Below are positions 13,730 to 28,209 of a stretch of DNA of 64,000 bases, in pieces. The notes beneath the pieces were generated by a model that was not told where the DNA came from, ran no database searches, and saw only the letters and a program-made list of their open reading frames with translations. Origin of the DNA: Vicugna vicugna (lineage: Eukaryota); contig MU058636.1 of the NCBI GenBank assembly GCA_013265495.1, positions 4,871,741 to 4,935,740 on the forward strand, in the 5' to 3' direction. The position numbers and the translations under genes are program-made. Each line of letters starts with the position of its first letter. Position 1 is the stretch's first letter.

Positions 13730-15860
13730 AAAGGTCTCCATGAAGAGCTCAAATCTGAAGGATGAGTATAGAAGGGGTGTGTGCACACAACTTTGCAAAG
13801 AAGAAGGAAAAGAACAGCACATTTAAGGAAATGAACGGTGACCTGAAGGGCTGGAATACAGAAAGTAAGAAGAGTAATAAAAACGTAAGGTTGGATAGGA
13901 AGGTGGGGGCCACATCAACTGGAGTCTTAAATATCACACTGATTTTTGGGCTTTTTCCTAACAGCAATGGGAAGTACCTGAAAGCTTTAATACCTGATCA
14001 TATTTTCATTTTACAAAGATCACTCTGGCAAGGAGAGGGCACTGCAGGCTTCTCATTTGCTGGTAATGTTCTATTTCTTGAGCAGGATTCTGGTTACATG
14101 AGTATGTTCACTTTGTGAAAATCTGTCAAGCACTACACTTATAATTTAAGCACTTTCTATGTGTATATCATACTTCAGTCTTGTTAGATTGTGAAGAGAA
14201 AGAGCTAGAACAGATTAAGTACTAACGTGGGGACTCCAGTCTCAGTAAGAGGTGATAATTCAAACGAGAAAGATGGCAGTATAAAATGGAGACATTCAAG
14301 AGATAATTAAGTGGTAAAATCTAAAGACCTCAGTTGAGGGATTGAATATGAAAGGGGAAGGAGGCATCAAAGAAGACTCTCAAGTTTCTGGCTTGCAAAA
14401 ACAGAAAATGGTAGATCCATTCATTATGCAAGAAAATCCTGGAGATCTAGAGATGAAAGAAAAAAAAATCACAGATTCAGTTTTTCAGGCTTAAAAGTAG
14501 AAGTGTCAGGTAGGCAGTTAAGTCTACAGGCTGGAGCTCAGAGGACAGTTTTAAGAAGAAAATACATTTGGAGATCATTATTGTTAATAAAAGCAATGGG
14601 TATAAGATCCCTCAGCCAATATTTAATGAGCTCCTACAGTACTATAGGCACTAGTTTAGGTTCCAGGAATACAGCTGTAATCAAAATAAACAAGCTCTCA
14701 TGGAATTTATATTGTAGTTCAAAAGACCCCCAACAAACAAGTATCAAATAAATAACTTCAACTACTAGTAAGTACTATGATGAAAATAAAACAGGACAAT
14801 GTAGTAGAGTGACAGGAGTGGGACTACTTTGCTTTAGATTAGAATCGTCAGGGAAGGCGTCTCTGTGGAGGTGACATTTAGGGTGAGACTTAAATGTTGA
14901 GAACATGGTAGGCATAGGAAGGGTAGGGGGAAAAAAGCATTCCAAGAAGAAAAAAGATCTAGTGCTTAAAGCAAGATGGATCTTAGTATATTTAAAGAAC
15001 AGACCAAAAGATCAGTACAGACGAAATGTAGTAAATGAGGAGGAGAGTAGTACAAGGCAGCGTCAAGGAAGAAGCCAAGGGCCAGAGCATGCAGAATTTA
15101 AGCAGGGAGTGAATCATGTCATTTATATTAGAACAATTTTTTTTTTAAATTACAGATTACTTTAGTTTCTCTGTGGATAAAATTATAGAGTGGTAAAGAT
15201 AAAAATGAGACTACTATGTCTAACTGAGAAATGATGAAATCTCACAGAGAAAGCTAAGAGTAAGAACATAAGATGGTCTAGGACTAAAACTTAACTCTTT
15301 AAAAGCAAAGACCAAGAAGAAGAGAAGGTAGCAAAGGAGATAGAAAAGTATAGAAATATGAACAAAAAAATCATGATTTCAAGGCCAAGTATTTTAAGGG
15401 AAAAAAAAAAAGGATGAAGAGTCAAATGCTTGCTGAGTAGTCACATCAAGATGAGATGTGAAAAATGCTCATCAATTCAGAGGAATTCTAGAGACCTTAA
15501 AATCTATTTAGTAGAATCACAGTGGCAGAAGCTAAAATGGGGTGGGTTGAATAGTAACAGTGAGAGTTGAGGGAAAAAAAGACAATGGGTGTAGACAATT
15601 CTGTAGAGAAGTTTGGTGTCAAGAAAGGGGAACTTTTTAAGAGATGAGAGCACTGATCCTTTAAATGTGGACAAACTAAGAAAAAAAAGGCAAGATTGAA
15701 GTTATAAAGAGAAGAAATAAATGACAACATATAAAATGCGTGAGAAGGTAAGAGATACAATCCAGAGTATAAGCAAAGGCGTTTACCTTAGAACAGAGGA
15801 GGGCTACTCTCTCTATTGAAATACAAGGGAGAGAAGTGAGGATGGATACAAATGGAAGCA
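13730..15860 (-). mobile_element. Fragmented/nested L2 copies, with a short L1ME piece at about 14040-14175
   Basis: Purine-rich antisense L2 motifs: caatatttaatgagctcctac, gtcagggaaggcgtctctgtggaggtgacattta, aatgggtgtagacaattctgtagagaagtttgg. Confidence 0.65.
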
Positions 15861-17634
15861 GAAAGCAGATTTCCCAACCCTTATAATAAACTCTTTCCAT
15901 TAAAATCACGCTGTGGACATTTAGAAAGGTATCCTACTCAGGACCACAAACTAACTAAAGAAAAGTTATACTGAGATTACTTAGCCCGAAGAAGGCAAAT
16001 AATAACTCCAAATACATTCGTTTACAAATAAAGGGTAATTAATTATACGAAAATATGCATCAGTACCAGCTACTCTTTACTGCTGAATAAAAATAAAGGT
16101 GTTCAAACTGAAAAGAGATCAAAGCACTTGATTTTTTTAAAAGTTACATTTAGGATCACAGTTCTTTGCAAGAAGGTCCTGAAAAATGATCATGAACTTT
16201 TTGTTGGACCACTTTAAGATTAGGATAAATCCCTCAATTATTTTTCTCAGACTGTCTGAGAATTCTCCTGCAAAGTGTTATAGCAAAAAACAAGAAAATA
16301 ATCTCTAAACAATTCTAAAAGAAATAGAAAATCCAAAGTCTCAGGTTGCTCTACTTATTTGTATTCCATTATTTACCTTATTGATCAGAAATCAGAAATC
16401 TAAAGACTACTGGTGAGGTTGAAAATCTGAAACAAAAGGCTCTGATGGTGTTAGATACACCAAGTTAAATGGACGAAACTTCCTTTCTGCCTGGACACTC
16501 TCTCCCCTAGAAAGTATCAAACACAACTAGTTCACATGCCATATCTCCATGTTTCCTAAATTACAAACTGCCCTATAAAGTTGCTCTATTTGGATGAATG
16601 GATTTACCTATATCCAAAATGAAATGCTTAAACCACATCTTTGCCAGTATAACATTATACAATATTCCAATAATCTCAATCACTTTACTGTTTTCCAGTT
16701 TCCTGAACCAAAAACTATCTTAATCTATTTCATAAAGCCATGTTATTTCTTCTTTCATGAAGTCTTTCTCTTTCTAACAAAAATTCTCCCTCTGATTTCA
16801 CATTTAGAAATAAAGAAAAAAACACAAACTGTTCTCAAGGAATTAAGAAAAACCAAACAAGATCCAGTCTTCTTTTTTAAGTTAACTAAAACAAAAAAAG
16901 GCAAATACTCAACAGCAAGAATTCTTCTTTCTGTACTTAAAGGTTTTCCTTGCAGAATCTAATTAATTCAATACAGCAAACTTAAGTAACTGGCTCCTTT
17001 ATTGTTCTTTAATTTTAGAAAATTAAACAACATAAAACAAAAAGGATACTAATTATTACAATTCTTCAGAAATCCTGAAAACTGATATAATTTCCATGAC
17101 AGCTGCTGCTAGCACACTTAGAACTGAACAGTAGAAGAAAAATACACTAAAACCACTTACAAATAGTATTGATCTATTTAGGAAATACTGCCTCCAAATT
17201 AATCAGAAAAACAGCTTATGTAATTTAACAATCCATTTATTGAATACTACACATTCCAAATGCCAATTAAAATCAGGAAATATTAAAATAAAATTTAAAC
17301 ATTAAGGCACAACAGCATATGTAAAAATTCAATTGAAAAGATGCTGCTGAAATGATTATCAATTATATCAATGTTTATTTGGTAGAAAACATGTAAACAC
17401 AGCTTTTAATCTTCACTTAAAACTAGTATTCTAAGTAAATGGCCACTTACAGATTTTTTTCACTCAACTTCATTGTTAAGTCAACAATACCTCTAAACCC
17501 GATAAATTCAAAGGTACCATAAAGATGCACTCAACTCTCCCCGGGAATTTCTGTCCTACCTTGAAAAAAAAAAACCCCCTAAATTAATAATAACTTAAAC
17601 AAAGGTAACTATGCGGTTTAAAAGATAAAATGAG

Positions 17635-17848
17635 ATATAGTGAGAAACACATGTGAATGAGATTTGAATCCCAGTTACATCCCTCCCTAGAGAAATTATA
17701 TTCGATAAATTGCTTAAACTCTCAAGTTTTCATTTTCTCTTTAAAAAGCCCTTGTAGGAATGTTATTTTAAAAAATTAAAGACTGTAACAATCACATTTA
17801 GAATACGGACTGGCACTGACAGGCATTAACTAAATGGCAGCTACTAAA
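17635..17848 (+). mobile_element. MIR SINE (degenerate)
   Basis: tttgaatcccagtt...aaattgcttaaactctc...catttagaatacggactggcac...taaatggcagctacta. Confidence 0.55.
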
Positions 17849-20800
17849 ACAAGTATTATTTAATTAAGGCTTGCTGGTATTCCTATTCCTCATTGTAGCA
17901 GCATTGCAGAATAGAAGAAATAGTTGAACTCAAAATAGCTATCAGCTTTCCTTCAAAATCATTCAGTTCTTTAAAAAGGGCACATTGGAGAATCATAACA
18001 GAACAGTGAATTTCCAACTACTATTTATCAACTGGTATATTCAGCATGAAGCTTGAGTAGTGTAAAAAATTTCTTTCTCAAATATGTACAAGTACTATGC
18101 CATGTTTAGGGGATTCCTAAGCCATGAGTAATGCTGGTAGATATTTATAAATCTTTCCAAGTATTTTCACATGAAAATTCTACAGAAACACAGGGTCAGG
18201 ATACTAACTGCAAAGTTGTGATCTTCAGTTTAACATGATTAAATAAGGTTTATAAGGAACAATGAGTTCAGTGAACACAGAGGAAAAAAAAATTACCTCC
18301 ATATTTGTCAGTAACTTACCATTCCATCACCTTCAGTTAAAATGTTATGAAGTTAATGCGAGGACAGCTGAGCAAAAAATGGACAGAAGAAAAAGAAAAT
18401 ATGTACAGGAAGAAACTATGAAAGAAACAAGAAAGAAACACGATTTCCAATACTATTAAGAAAGAAAACACCAAAAAAGAATAAAGGAAGAGAATGAACT
18501 CACAATCCCTTCACAAATCAAATTTTCTTTCATTTTGATATCTTTAAAAAAAACTCTGAGGAGTCCAGAAGCACAACTGAAGAGACAGCAACAACCTGTA
18601 TGATGACTGTAATTATTAGTTGTAGAGTAAAACTTCAATTTTTTATGTCCTAAGAATTTAATTAAAACTGCAAAATAAAAAAATTATCCAAATAAAGTGT
18701 ATTTTAATGGACTGTACTAAACTTCGACATAATTTTAACCATAAATGAACAAATTCTTCTTACTTTTTCCCTTAGTTACCAATAAAACTAGGCAAAAAGG
18801 CAAAAAGTCCAACAGGCCATCTCAAAATCTCTCAATCGTCCTATTAATTTACAAAAAGAAGTTCAATTAAAAATATTAACAACTAGACAATACTTCCCAA
18901 TGAAGTCTTCATTCATTCACCGAAGTAGGTACAATGAATGCTGCTAACGTGATTGTGTCTAGTTCTAAGATCAAGGGTCAAAGTATGGCTGTCTCCCTGC
19001 TACATTTAAAATAATCTACTTTACTCACATTTAAGTTTAATACAGTATATTAAAGTTAATGGATTCTGTACTGGTTAAGTGTATTATAAAATGTAGTAAC
19101 TGCAATTTTCAAACCTGGAATGTGACAGGGTTATCATTCGGAGAACAAAATTTGTTAGGAGGCAAGGGAAGAAAGAGAGATTATTTCTAATCTAAATAAC
19201 TAAAATAAACTTCTATTAAAGGTACCAGAAAGTCAAAACTCTCCTAAAGACACAGTCCTAGCTTCAAGGATAAGAACTCTCTATTTACTCTTGAGGATCT
19301 CTTTTCAAAGAGTATTTCTGTGCTACTCTTTTCCCTTGTTTCTGTACATAATCTGACTGCAACAGTGTATTAAGAATTTCCATACGAGACATATTCAGAA
19401 TTGATCTTACACAGATGTATATTCTATTACAAACATTACACCATTCAGTGCAGACTAAATAAAGATACTGATTATAAAGTATAACCATTCTATTACAAGT
19501 TTTGTGATTTTAGTTGCAAAAATCTTAATTTTAAAGTTTTCAAGGTTTACTCTGAAATTTACATAACATGCAAAAGTGAAATTTTTTTAGACTTAAAATC
19601 CAGGCAATTTGAATCAAATGAACTGAATTAATTTAAGTGCTGCTTAACAAAGTTAAAAAAAAAAGGAATAAAAGACACACAAGACAATCACTAATTACTC
19701 TTCTTTTCAGAATCTACTTCAACAAATTTAATACTACTTCTTGCCATCCTAAGGATATTTAAGGAGAAAATCTGGTACATACAGGGAAACCAATTGTTTC
19801 AACGGTACCTTAGTTTAAAAAATAAAATAAAAATTGCTATGTCAATCTTATTTAATTATAAAGAGAAAGAAAACCATCACTAAAGAGGATATCCACTAAT
19901 CCCTTAATATCTCCTTTCATAAAAATTATGGCTAACAATTTTACCAAGAAAAAAATTTTATTTATAAATTACAATCTACAAAACCTAACTCTAAAAACCA
20001 CTAACTCAGTCTGCTGTTCTGTTGCCAGCAAATGTTTATTCTCAATAGTCACTGTAACAAACTTAAGTAGTACTTTGTTATGATTCTAGACTAAGAAGCA
20101 TTACTCTATTTATATGGGTTATAGATGTTAAAACAAAACATAAACACACAAACACTTCAGCCCTGATAACTGAAATCTCAGTTATTGTATTCATGTTACA
20201 ATACTACATAAAACTTCAATAAAGGCTAGTAAACCTATCTGGTCAAGGCACTAACACATGAACAACCACATTTTTTCAACATTCCAAAGAGAACATCACC
20301 ATTTTCTTTATATAAATATTTAGAAAACCAGGCTCAGAAAATCAGACATTTCTGCAGTAACAAAAACTTGACTTTGGTCAAAACAAATATTTTTATATCC
20401 TTTGAAATCATGAACTCTTTCAAAACTTACCTATAGATAAAACTGGAAAATTTCATAACCTACATTAATTAGGCAAGAGATAAGCCAACTTCAGATACTT
20501 AAATCCACCCTATCACACCAACAACAAAATACAACTCAATCTTTTGTAAACAGTCTTACTTTAAAACACACATAAAATATTAAAAAACCAACATTTTCTT
20601 TCAGAAAGGTGAATACTGAAAATAAAGATTATCAATTTAAAAAGCAGTATCAAAAGGTCAACTTAATTACCACACAAGTATTTTTTACTACCAGGATGAT
20701 GACATATAGAAAACTATAAATCTGCTTATCAAAAAGGTGAAGTGATTTTTACACAAAGGCTATGAAAAAACAACTTAATCTTTCTGAACCAAACTAGAAG

Positions 20801-22859
20801 CTGTATTCTGTTTAATTAAAATGTTCACCTTAGTTAAATATGATGAGTAATGTCTAGTTTACTCTTTGTGATGGAGACCAACTTCAGAATGGCAGGTAGC
20901 AGCTGGGGGACTATTCTGTTAAGAATATATCTAAATTTAAAAAAGAATATATCTGAATAGAAGAAAAATATTTGATGAAAAAGCTTTACTTGGTAAATTT
21001 CATATTATTATAGATTTCTAACATTAAGCAATAACCTACAATAGTGATTCTGTTATCTTTTATTGCATAGTCATTCCTCCATTCTGTTGTTCAAAAAATA
21101 AAAATAAAATTAGCCAGAATGCTTGGTGGGACTATTAATTGAATTTTGCTTTAAAAAAAAATGAAAGTCTTCCAGAACGTTAATTTCCCTGCCTCAATAA
21201 GGATTTATAATTTTTAAAATAATCAGGAATGATTAATGATCTCTACATGATTATTCAGTATTCAGAACTAGAAGATGAGATTGAAACTCAAATCAGTCTG
21301 GAAATTTATTTTAGACTTACTAACATGAACATGTTTCTTCATAATCTGTATCTTCCAAAGGAAATTCTCTATGTCCTCAAAATAAATTTGGCTACTGTTC
21401 AAAAACTCTAGATTTATAGTACTATTACTCCTAAATAAGTTTTATAAAGGGAAAGGGAAAGGGACACGCAGTATATATCTAACAGTTGTTTTCCTGTCCC
21501 AAAATTTAATCTTTCTGTACTATTTCAAAATGCCAATTTATATAATAAAATGTTGGGAAACATAAGCCCAAATACCAAGAAGTATTACTCTGAAACAAAA
21601 GAATATACAAAAATAGTGGATAAAGGAAATGTGTGTATGTATAAATAAATATATATACATTTACACACAAAACATGAGTTAGCATATTACTACATCATAT
21701 TTAGTTAGGATGAACAAATACATACAAACATACATATGTGCTAAACAAAATAAAGCGAGGTAGTACCCATTCAAAATGTAAACAGCAACTGAACAGCACA
21801 AATAAATAGAAACCATATTCTTTTCTCACTAAAGGAAAGGTAATAAAGACCTATATTTAGTTTTGAGCCTTCCAACTTAATATTACTTAATAATTTAATA
21901 TTAGTTAAAAAGAAATATAAAGACGCGGGAGACCATTTAATGTAAAATGGAAAAGAACAGCAAAAGGTTTTAAAACAACATTGGAACAAAGGTTATGGGA
22001 CTCAGGATGGGGTGGTTCAGGAGAAAGAAGACTTACAGGCAATGAAATATTATCATCTAAATATATCCTACAGGACAAATCTGACAATTAATGCTTCGGA
22101 TCTGTCTAAAATATCTTCTATACTAGAATTATACTGTGTTAGTTTAAATAAAGAAAAGTGATATATTATCAGAACAGCATGAAGAGCTTTCTCAAACTAT
22201 CTACTGATGGCCCTATTTACGTATCCAGAATTGGAGAGTACGGGGAGATGCAGGAAGCTTAAGAAGGGTGATGAATATGTATACTATAGAGAAAACACCA
22301 GGTGACTGACACACCTACTGCATGGCATTAGATAAGAGAATTTTGTTTTAACTAAATGATATGCTAACTATAGCTTATAAAAACTTTTTCACACAAGTGA
22401 ATCTGCAGAAACATAATTTTACCTGTATAATGGATAGAGTCAACTAAGGTCCCTATAACAAGTTAGTATTTCTTATATATTTAAGGTAGCCAAGGAAAAA
22501 TACTAAAGTTTTATGAAAAGTTAGATTTAGGTATGAACTATAAAACTGTTTGACATTATCTACAAAACAGATAAAATTAGTTTAAAATTCAATTATAGGA
22601 AAGCATTCTAGTTCCTACTCAGTCTACTTAGGTGTCTTCATAATAACCAAAGGTATTACAACAAAAGATTATAAAAACATTTAAAATATGATTTTATATA
22701 ATTTTTATTTACACTTTAGAATTTAAACAACTTGCTGGGAAAATTCTTTGTGAGGCAACACAGTATTTTTTTTTTTTTTGAAACTACTTAAACTTCAAGA
22801 TGGGCTCACTAATTTTTTTCAAGGGCAAGCAACACATGTGTTAGCTGAAAATAGCCAAC

Positions 22860-23061
22860 TTAATGATCACTTGTAACACAGACTTGATTATGTGAACCTA
22901 GAGAGCCTCCCCACCTCTGTCTCCCCTGTGAAGGAGGAGGTCTTTGTGTACTTTTGTGTGGCGGTTCCACTGAATTCATTACAATAGAGATGGACATTTG
23001 ATATTCATAACGATCCAACATCTGAGCAATCTTCTTTCGAGACACACCATGTTTATTCCTC
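22860..23061 (-). CDS. N4BP2L2: N4BP2L2 exon 6 coding part, ending the short isoform (RNKHGVSRKKIAQML...QGRQRWGGSLGSHNQVCVTSDH*)
   Basis: Acceptor ttttttggtag|G, stop TAA at 22862-22860. The five exons sum to 1737 nt, i.e. 578 aa plus stop. Confidence 0.94.
22909..22917 (-). other. N4BP2L2: Internal alternative 5' splice site in exon 6 (exon end 22915) for the long N4BP2L2 isoform
   Basis: CAGAG|GTGGGG follows ...QGRQ(R) in phase 2. This is where I recall the mammalian long isoform diverging from the short one. The downstream coding exons are not in the window. Confidence 0.7.
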
Positions 23062-24865
23062 CTACCAAAAAAAGAAAAGGATTTTAATTTTTTTAAGAAT
23101 GTATAGGCTTAGAGATTAAAATGTTTTAGAGTAATAGAGTACAGATTCTAAATTATATTTTGTAAATAAATACTAGAAGATACATCTCACTTATATTTTA
23201 TACAAAATAAATATTGGCTCTCTCAAAGTTTTAAACAGTATCTTACAAAGGCTTAAAGATACCATAAATCACAGCAAGACGTTAACTCATTACACCTTCA
23301 CACAGAACTACTGATTCACTAAACCACTGAGTTAATCTTCCCCCCTTAACAGCAAAATAAAAAATTATAATACTGTTTTGAGAATTACAGGAAAATTGAG
23401 TGCGTGTCTAGGACTTAGAAAAATCAACACAAAATATTTATCATTTTGAAAAGTTATTTTAGGACACTTAAATTAAAAAAATTTTATTATCAATAACAAT
23501 TATTAGAGATACAACAATTTGCACATATATCACAATGTTGAGTGAAATAAACTAGATACAATGAAAATACACTGAATAATTCTATTTATATGAAGTTTGA
23601 AAAAAATTTAAACTATAATGCTAAAGTAAAGGATATTAAAAAAAAAATGCTTTAAGAAAAAGCGAGGTAGTTATTACCAAGGAACTGCTACTGGGAAAAG
23701 GAGTTTAAAAAACTTCTGAAATGTTGGTAATGCTCTCATGACATGAGTAACAGATAAATGAGCATCTGCTTAATAAGAAATTTGTTAAGCTACATATTTA
23801 CATTTTATGTACCTTTCTGTGAGTTTAGTTACGATTAACAGGAAGTGGTTTAAAAATTGTCCTTGACCCTCAAATAACTTTTTTACAAAGTATTCTACCC
23901 TTTTAGTTTTCTGTAACTTTACTTGGACACAGCAAAACAACAAGAACATATTTTACATTTAATGTTACAGTTCTAGATTTACTAATGTTAACTCATTTTT
24001 CCAGAAAAAGAACACAAAAGAAATGTTTACTTTTCGAAACTATTGATGTTTAGGTTACAGATGAGAAGAAAAAGCAAGAGAAAGAAAAAGAGCAGACACC
24101 CTCCCTCTCTACACACACACAAAGAGATTAGAGGTTGAGATTGAAATTGGCCAAAATATAACTAAATCCACGAGATGTCAAAATTAATGCTTCAATCAAT
24201 TCTTTACCAAAAAATCTGTCAAACTATACTAGGTACCAGTCCTACTGACTTTATTTTGTAAAGTTAATTTATATTAAGAATTTTAATAAATTTCAACAGA
24301 CTCAAATGTAAATAAAACCTAATTATATAATTTCATTAATTTATTTAGCATAGACCAAATATCTTAAGTTTTTAAACATCTCTCTCTTCTACCTGAGATG
24401 CAATAGACACAAAGAGGCAGGCAAACAATACCTAATGTTAATAATATCTATCAGTTTAACTATACATTAATCTAATTTGGCATACAAATCATAAAAAAAA
24501 AAGTAAACAAAGGAATGAAAATTCAGAGGTACAAAAGCAAAGAAAGGCAAGGAGGAAAGAGTTAAATTAATTAAACACTGTACATAGAACAACAGCTTTA
24601 AGCTGGAAGAGGACAAACAGGTGGGAGAAAAAAACTAGTTTTTAAAAAGAAAGGTGATGGTTGCACAACTCTGTGAATATACTGAAAACCACTGAATCGC
24701 ACACTTTTAACAGGTAAATTATAAGGCATGTGAACTGTATCTTAAAAGTTGTTTCCAAAGTGGGGAAGGAGGAGTGAAAAGAAAGAAAAAAGGAGCCATA
24801 TTCAGGAACACCAGGAGAAACAGATGAAGGTAAACACAAATGGAAGAGCAGGGCTGAAAGTAACA

Positions 24866-25213
24866 CAAGCCCACAATCCCTCACCACAAATTCTGAAATC
24901 TAAAGTGCTCTGAATATTGAGCTTTCTGTTGACTCACAAAGCAGCAAAGTCTAAACAGGCTTGTAATCACTGGAGCACAATCTACTGAGAACTATCATTC
25001 GATTACGTAGAATCATTCTTATCTACTTAGATTGACCACTCATGATCTGCTACAGAAATATTGATGTTTGATTACACCATGCTGACCCAAATTCTGCTAG
25101 AGGTGTTACAATTAGGTACACTCACTATATTACTTTTCTAAAATCCCCGCAAATATACCTGAAGTCCAAAACACATTGATTCCCAGGATCTTGGGTATAG
25201 GACAGGATCCGTA
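24866..25213. mobile_element. MER46C-like (Tigger family) element
   Basis: Degenerate ends cacaatccct...aaattctgaaatc and ccaaaacacattgattcccaggatcttgggtatagg...gta. Confidence 0.5.
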
Positions 25214-25651
25214 GTAGTAAAGATTGAAAAGGGCGAGAGAGAAAGCACCAGGTAAAAAGGTGATGGGATCTAAAATGGGAAGGAGATGAAGTTGGAAGGG
25301 CAAGGCAGAGAAGTGGGCTAGCTAAAAAACAGAGGGAAAAGTCCTAAGTTTCCTCTCAAAAGTTTTTTGGATCTCCACAAGCATTCAATAAACTGGAAAC
25401 AATGTAGAAATTCGTATAAGAAAAAGTAACAAACACACTTAAAAAACATTTAATGAAATTTAACAGTGCAAAAAGGGCCTCTAATATTTCACACTGAAGT
25501 CAGTATTCCTCTTAACATAAAGTGAGAAACTGTAGCCCCTATTCACAAGCAGCAAAGACACTGTAAGTAAAAGCTAGTAAAGCAATTGACCACATAAAAA
25601 AGAAAAGAAGCAAAAATAGATAAAGGATTTAAAAAATTTTGAGTGCCTTAC

Positions 25652-25728
25652 TTTTCTAATTCTTCAGGATCAAATTTCCACCAAGTTTCAGGTTCATGAA
25701 ACTCTACTCTGTATCCTTTTCCTATGGC
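25652..25728 (-). CDS. N4BP2L2: N4BP2L2 exon 5, 77 nt (AIGKGYRVEFHEPETWWKFDPEELEK)
   Basis: Acceptor tcttttgtgtag|GCC, donor GAAAA|gtaagg, frame preserved. Confidence 0.95.
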
Positions 25729-26117
25729 CTACACAAAAGAAAGGAAGAAAACAAAAACCCAGAGAATACTTCTTAAACTAAAAAGATGGCAGACAGATAT
25801 AAATTTCATTTAGACAGTATTTCTAAATTTGCTCAACTGAGAAAAATTTTACTTTTAAAATAGAGTTTATAAAAATTTTAAGACTCCTTAATGGACAAAT
25901 TCCAAAAACTATCCTCAAGTCTAGGCAAAACTAACAAGATGAGCATATTTCTTAATAAGCACCATTCCCAATTTTTTTTTAAACTAAGCAAATGAACACA
26001 CCTCTTTAGAGAACAAGGACAAATGTTTTAATAATAAAAATCAAAGTAATCAAAATTTCAGAATATGAAAAAATTGACAAGATAAAATATATAAACTATC
26101 TCATATCTTATATTTAC

Positions 26118-26206
26118 CATTTCCACATACGGTTTCATTTCCCAAGCTTGTGTATTAGTGTTGTCTATTATAACTGGAGATCTCCCCTGATTGATAGCTT
26201 GTTTTG
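26118..26206 (-). CDS. N4BP2L2: N4BP2L2 exon 4, 89 nt (AKQAINQGRSPVIIDNTNTQAWEMKPYVEM)
   Basis: Acceptor ttttatttcag|CA, donor ATG|gtaaat. Contains the Walker-B-like VIIDNTN and is in frame with both flanking exons. Confidence 0.95.
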
Positions 26207-28209
26207 CTGAAATAAAAAATTTAAAAAACGAAAACAAAACACAGAACTATTAGATAAAATATGCAAAATAAAACTTGTTATTAATCAATTTTCTACATTC
26301 CTGTACTGAAATGCAAAACTGCGCACTCTCTTGAGCCAGTGCAATGAAAATAAAAGGACTCTGCTAGATTAAAGGGAATTAAGAGATATAAACACATGCA
26401 ATGTGTATTCTCCAGATCAATACTGGTTTTGACGAACTAGCGGAAAAGGACATTTTAAGGAAAACATTTTGTTGAATTTATAACTAATGAAGCCTTTAGC
26501 CCAGAGCTAACTTTCATTTACAGAAACTGTTACATTTGAATATGGTCTGAGTAACATTTACTGACATGGAAAGATGGAGGTTGTTAACTGAAAATGGCAA
26601 TTTACAAGATAATATTTTAGTATGATCTTATTATGGTCAAAATATAAAGATATAGGAAGAGTTACTAAGACACCAAAAGTGGTCATATGTAGATGGTGGG
26701 AATATATGCATTCTGTGCTTTATCTTTATTTTCCAAAGTTCTACAATTATAAAAAATGCTTCTGAAATAAAGCAGACATGTTAAAAAAAAGTGCTATGGA
26801 TTTAGCAATATTTATATACTAACTAGCTAAACACTACAGTTCAACTGGATTTGTGGATATTTCTTAGAGCTATGATTCTTAAACTGGGAGCCGAGATAGA
26901 ATGGAGCTTTTCTCAATTATATTTTCCCTATCTCTGCTGCATCTATTCTCCCATAGGGTGAGAATTACTGCCACACTGAGGCACTGTTAATGACAGTAGT
27001 GTGTGTATCCCTTAAGTGTAAACAGGCAAGATTAAGAACCTATGATAAAATTTAAAAGGCTGAGCCAAATGCAATGATACAGAAGTCTGGCTGGGATTTA
27101 GAGTTCAAACCATGAAGTTCTACATAATGAAAACATTTATATAGATTTCTAAGGGCAGAATTCTAAAGGTTAGTTTAGTAATGACTATGGTGGAATACAT
27201 ATTGGGAAGATGTCTCTAAATACTGAAAGAAATTTAGAATTTGAATCATAAATAGGATACCAAGATGCTATCATCTGCCACTGCTCCATCTGCAAATAGT
27301 GATCAAAACTTTCATTTAAAAAAAGGAGTATTAAAGTAATTCTCCTAATGTCTGATAGTGAAGCTTACACCTTCAAGAAGTTATGATCTAGAAGAGGAGC
27401 TTATTAACCAAATAAATCTCTGATTTGCAGGAATGGGGATATTATTCTCTTTCCATGAATAATCAGCATCCAATAACATATTCCACTGCACTCCAGGAGA
27501 ATAGAGCTCCTGAGTAAACAATGTTTGAATACTCAAAGAGAGTTTGTTTTCTTAAACAAATTAACAGTCATAGTCTAAGAAAGAGAATAATGATACCTTG
27601 GAGATATTTTTAATTTATAGGCAGCTGAAGGTGAATTTAGATTCTTCTAATAATAAACATGAGGTATATAGATAATCCCAGAATAATGCCTAGCATTTAA
27701 AAGTATTCAGAAAATGTTTGTTGGAAAGGGAAATTTTGCCCCAAATTGTTATGTTCATAATTTTTAAAATGTCTAATGATTGCTAGTTATCATTACTTTG
27801 AAAAGGGTAATAATTACCTTGAAAAAGCCTATATTTATTATACTAAGAAAACTAGTGGTTTATCTAGACACCAATATGTTCAGCAAGTATAATTCACATG
27901 CCATGAACATTTTAATGAAATATTCTAGACTGGTATTACAAAAAGAAAAAATGTTCCAAACAAACTTCCCAGTCCACCAAAGGTGTATCGGCTCATTCCA
28001 CTTAACCACCTACTCCTATTCCCCTTAACTTTAGGTCAGTAACTCCAAACATTTTTTGATTTGGGCAGTAACGTTCTGTGGCATGATAAAAAAAACAAAA
28101 ACAATTAATTTAAAAAATATTTTATGTTAACATATCTCTAATATATCCGGAGAAATCCTAGAACCCAAACTAGAAAACAGCCTTTCAATCAAACTTATCT
28201 GGCACAAAC

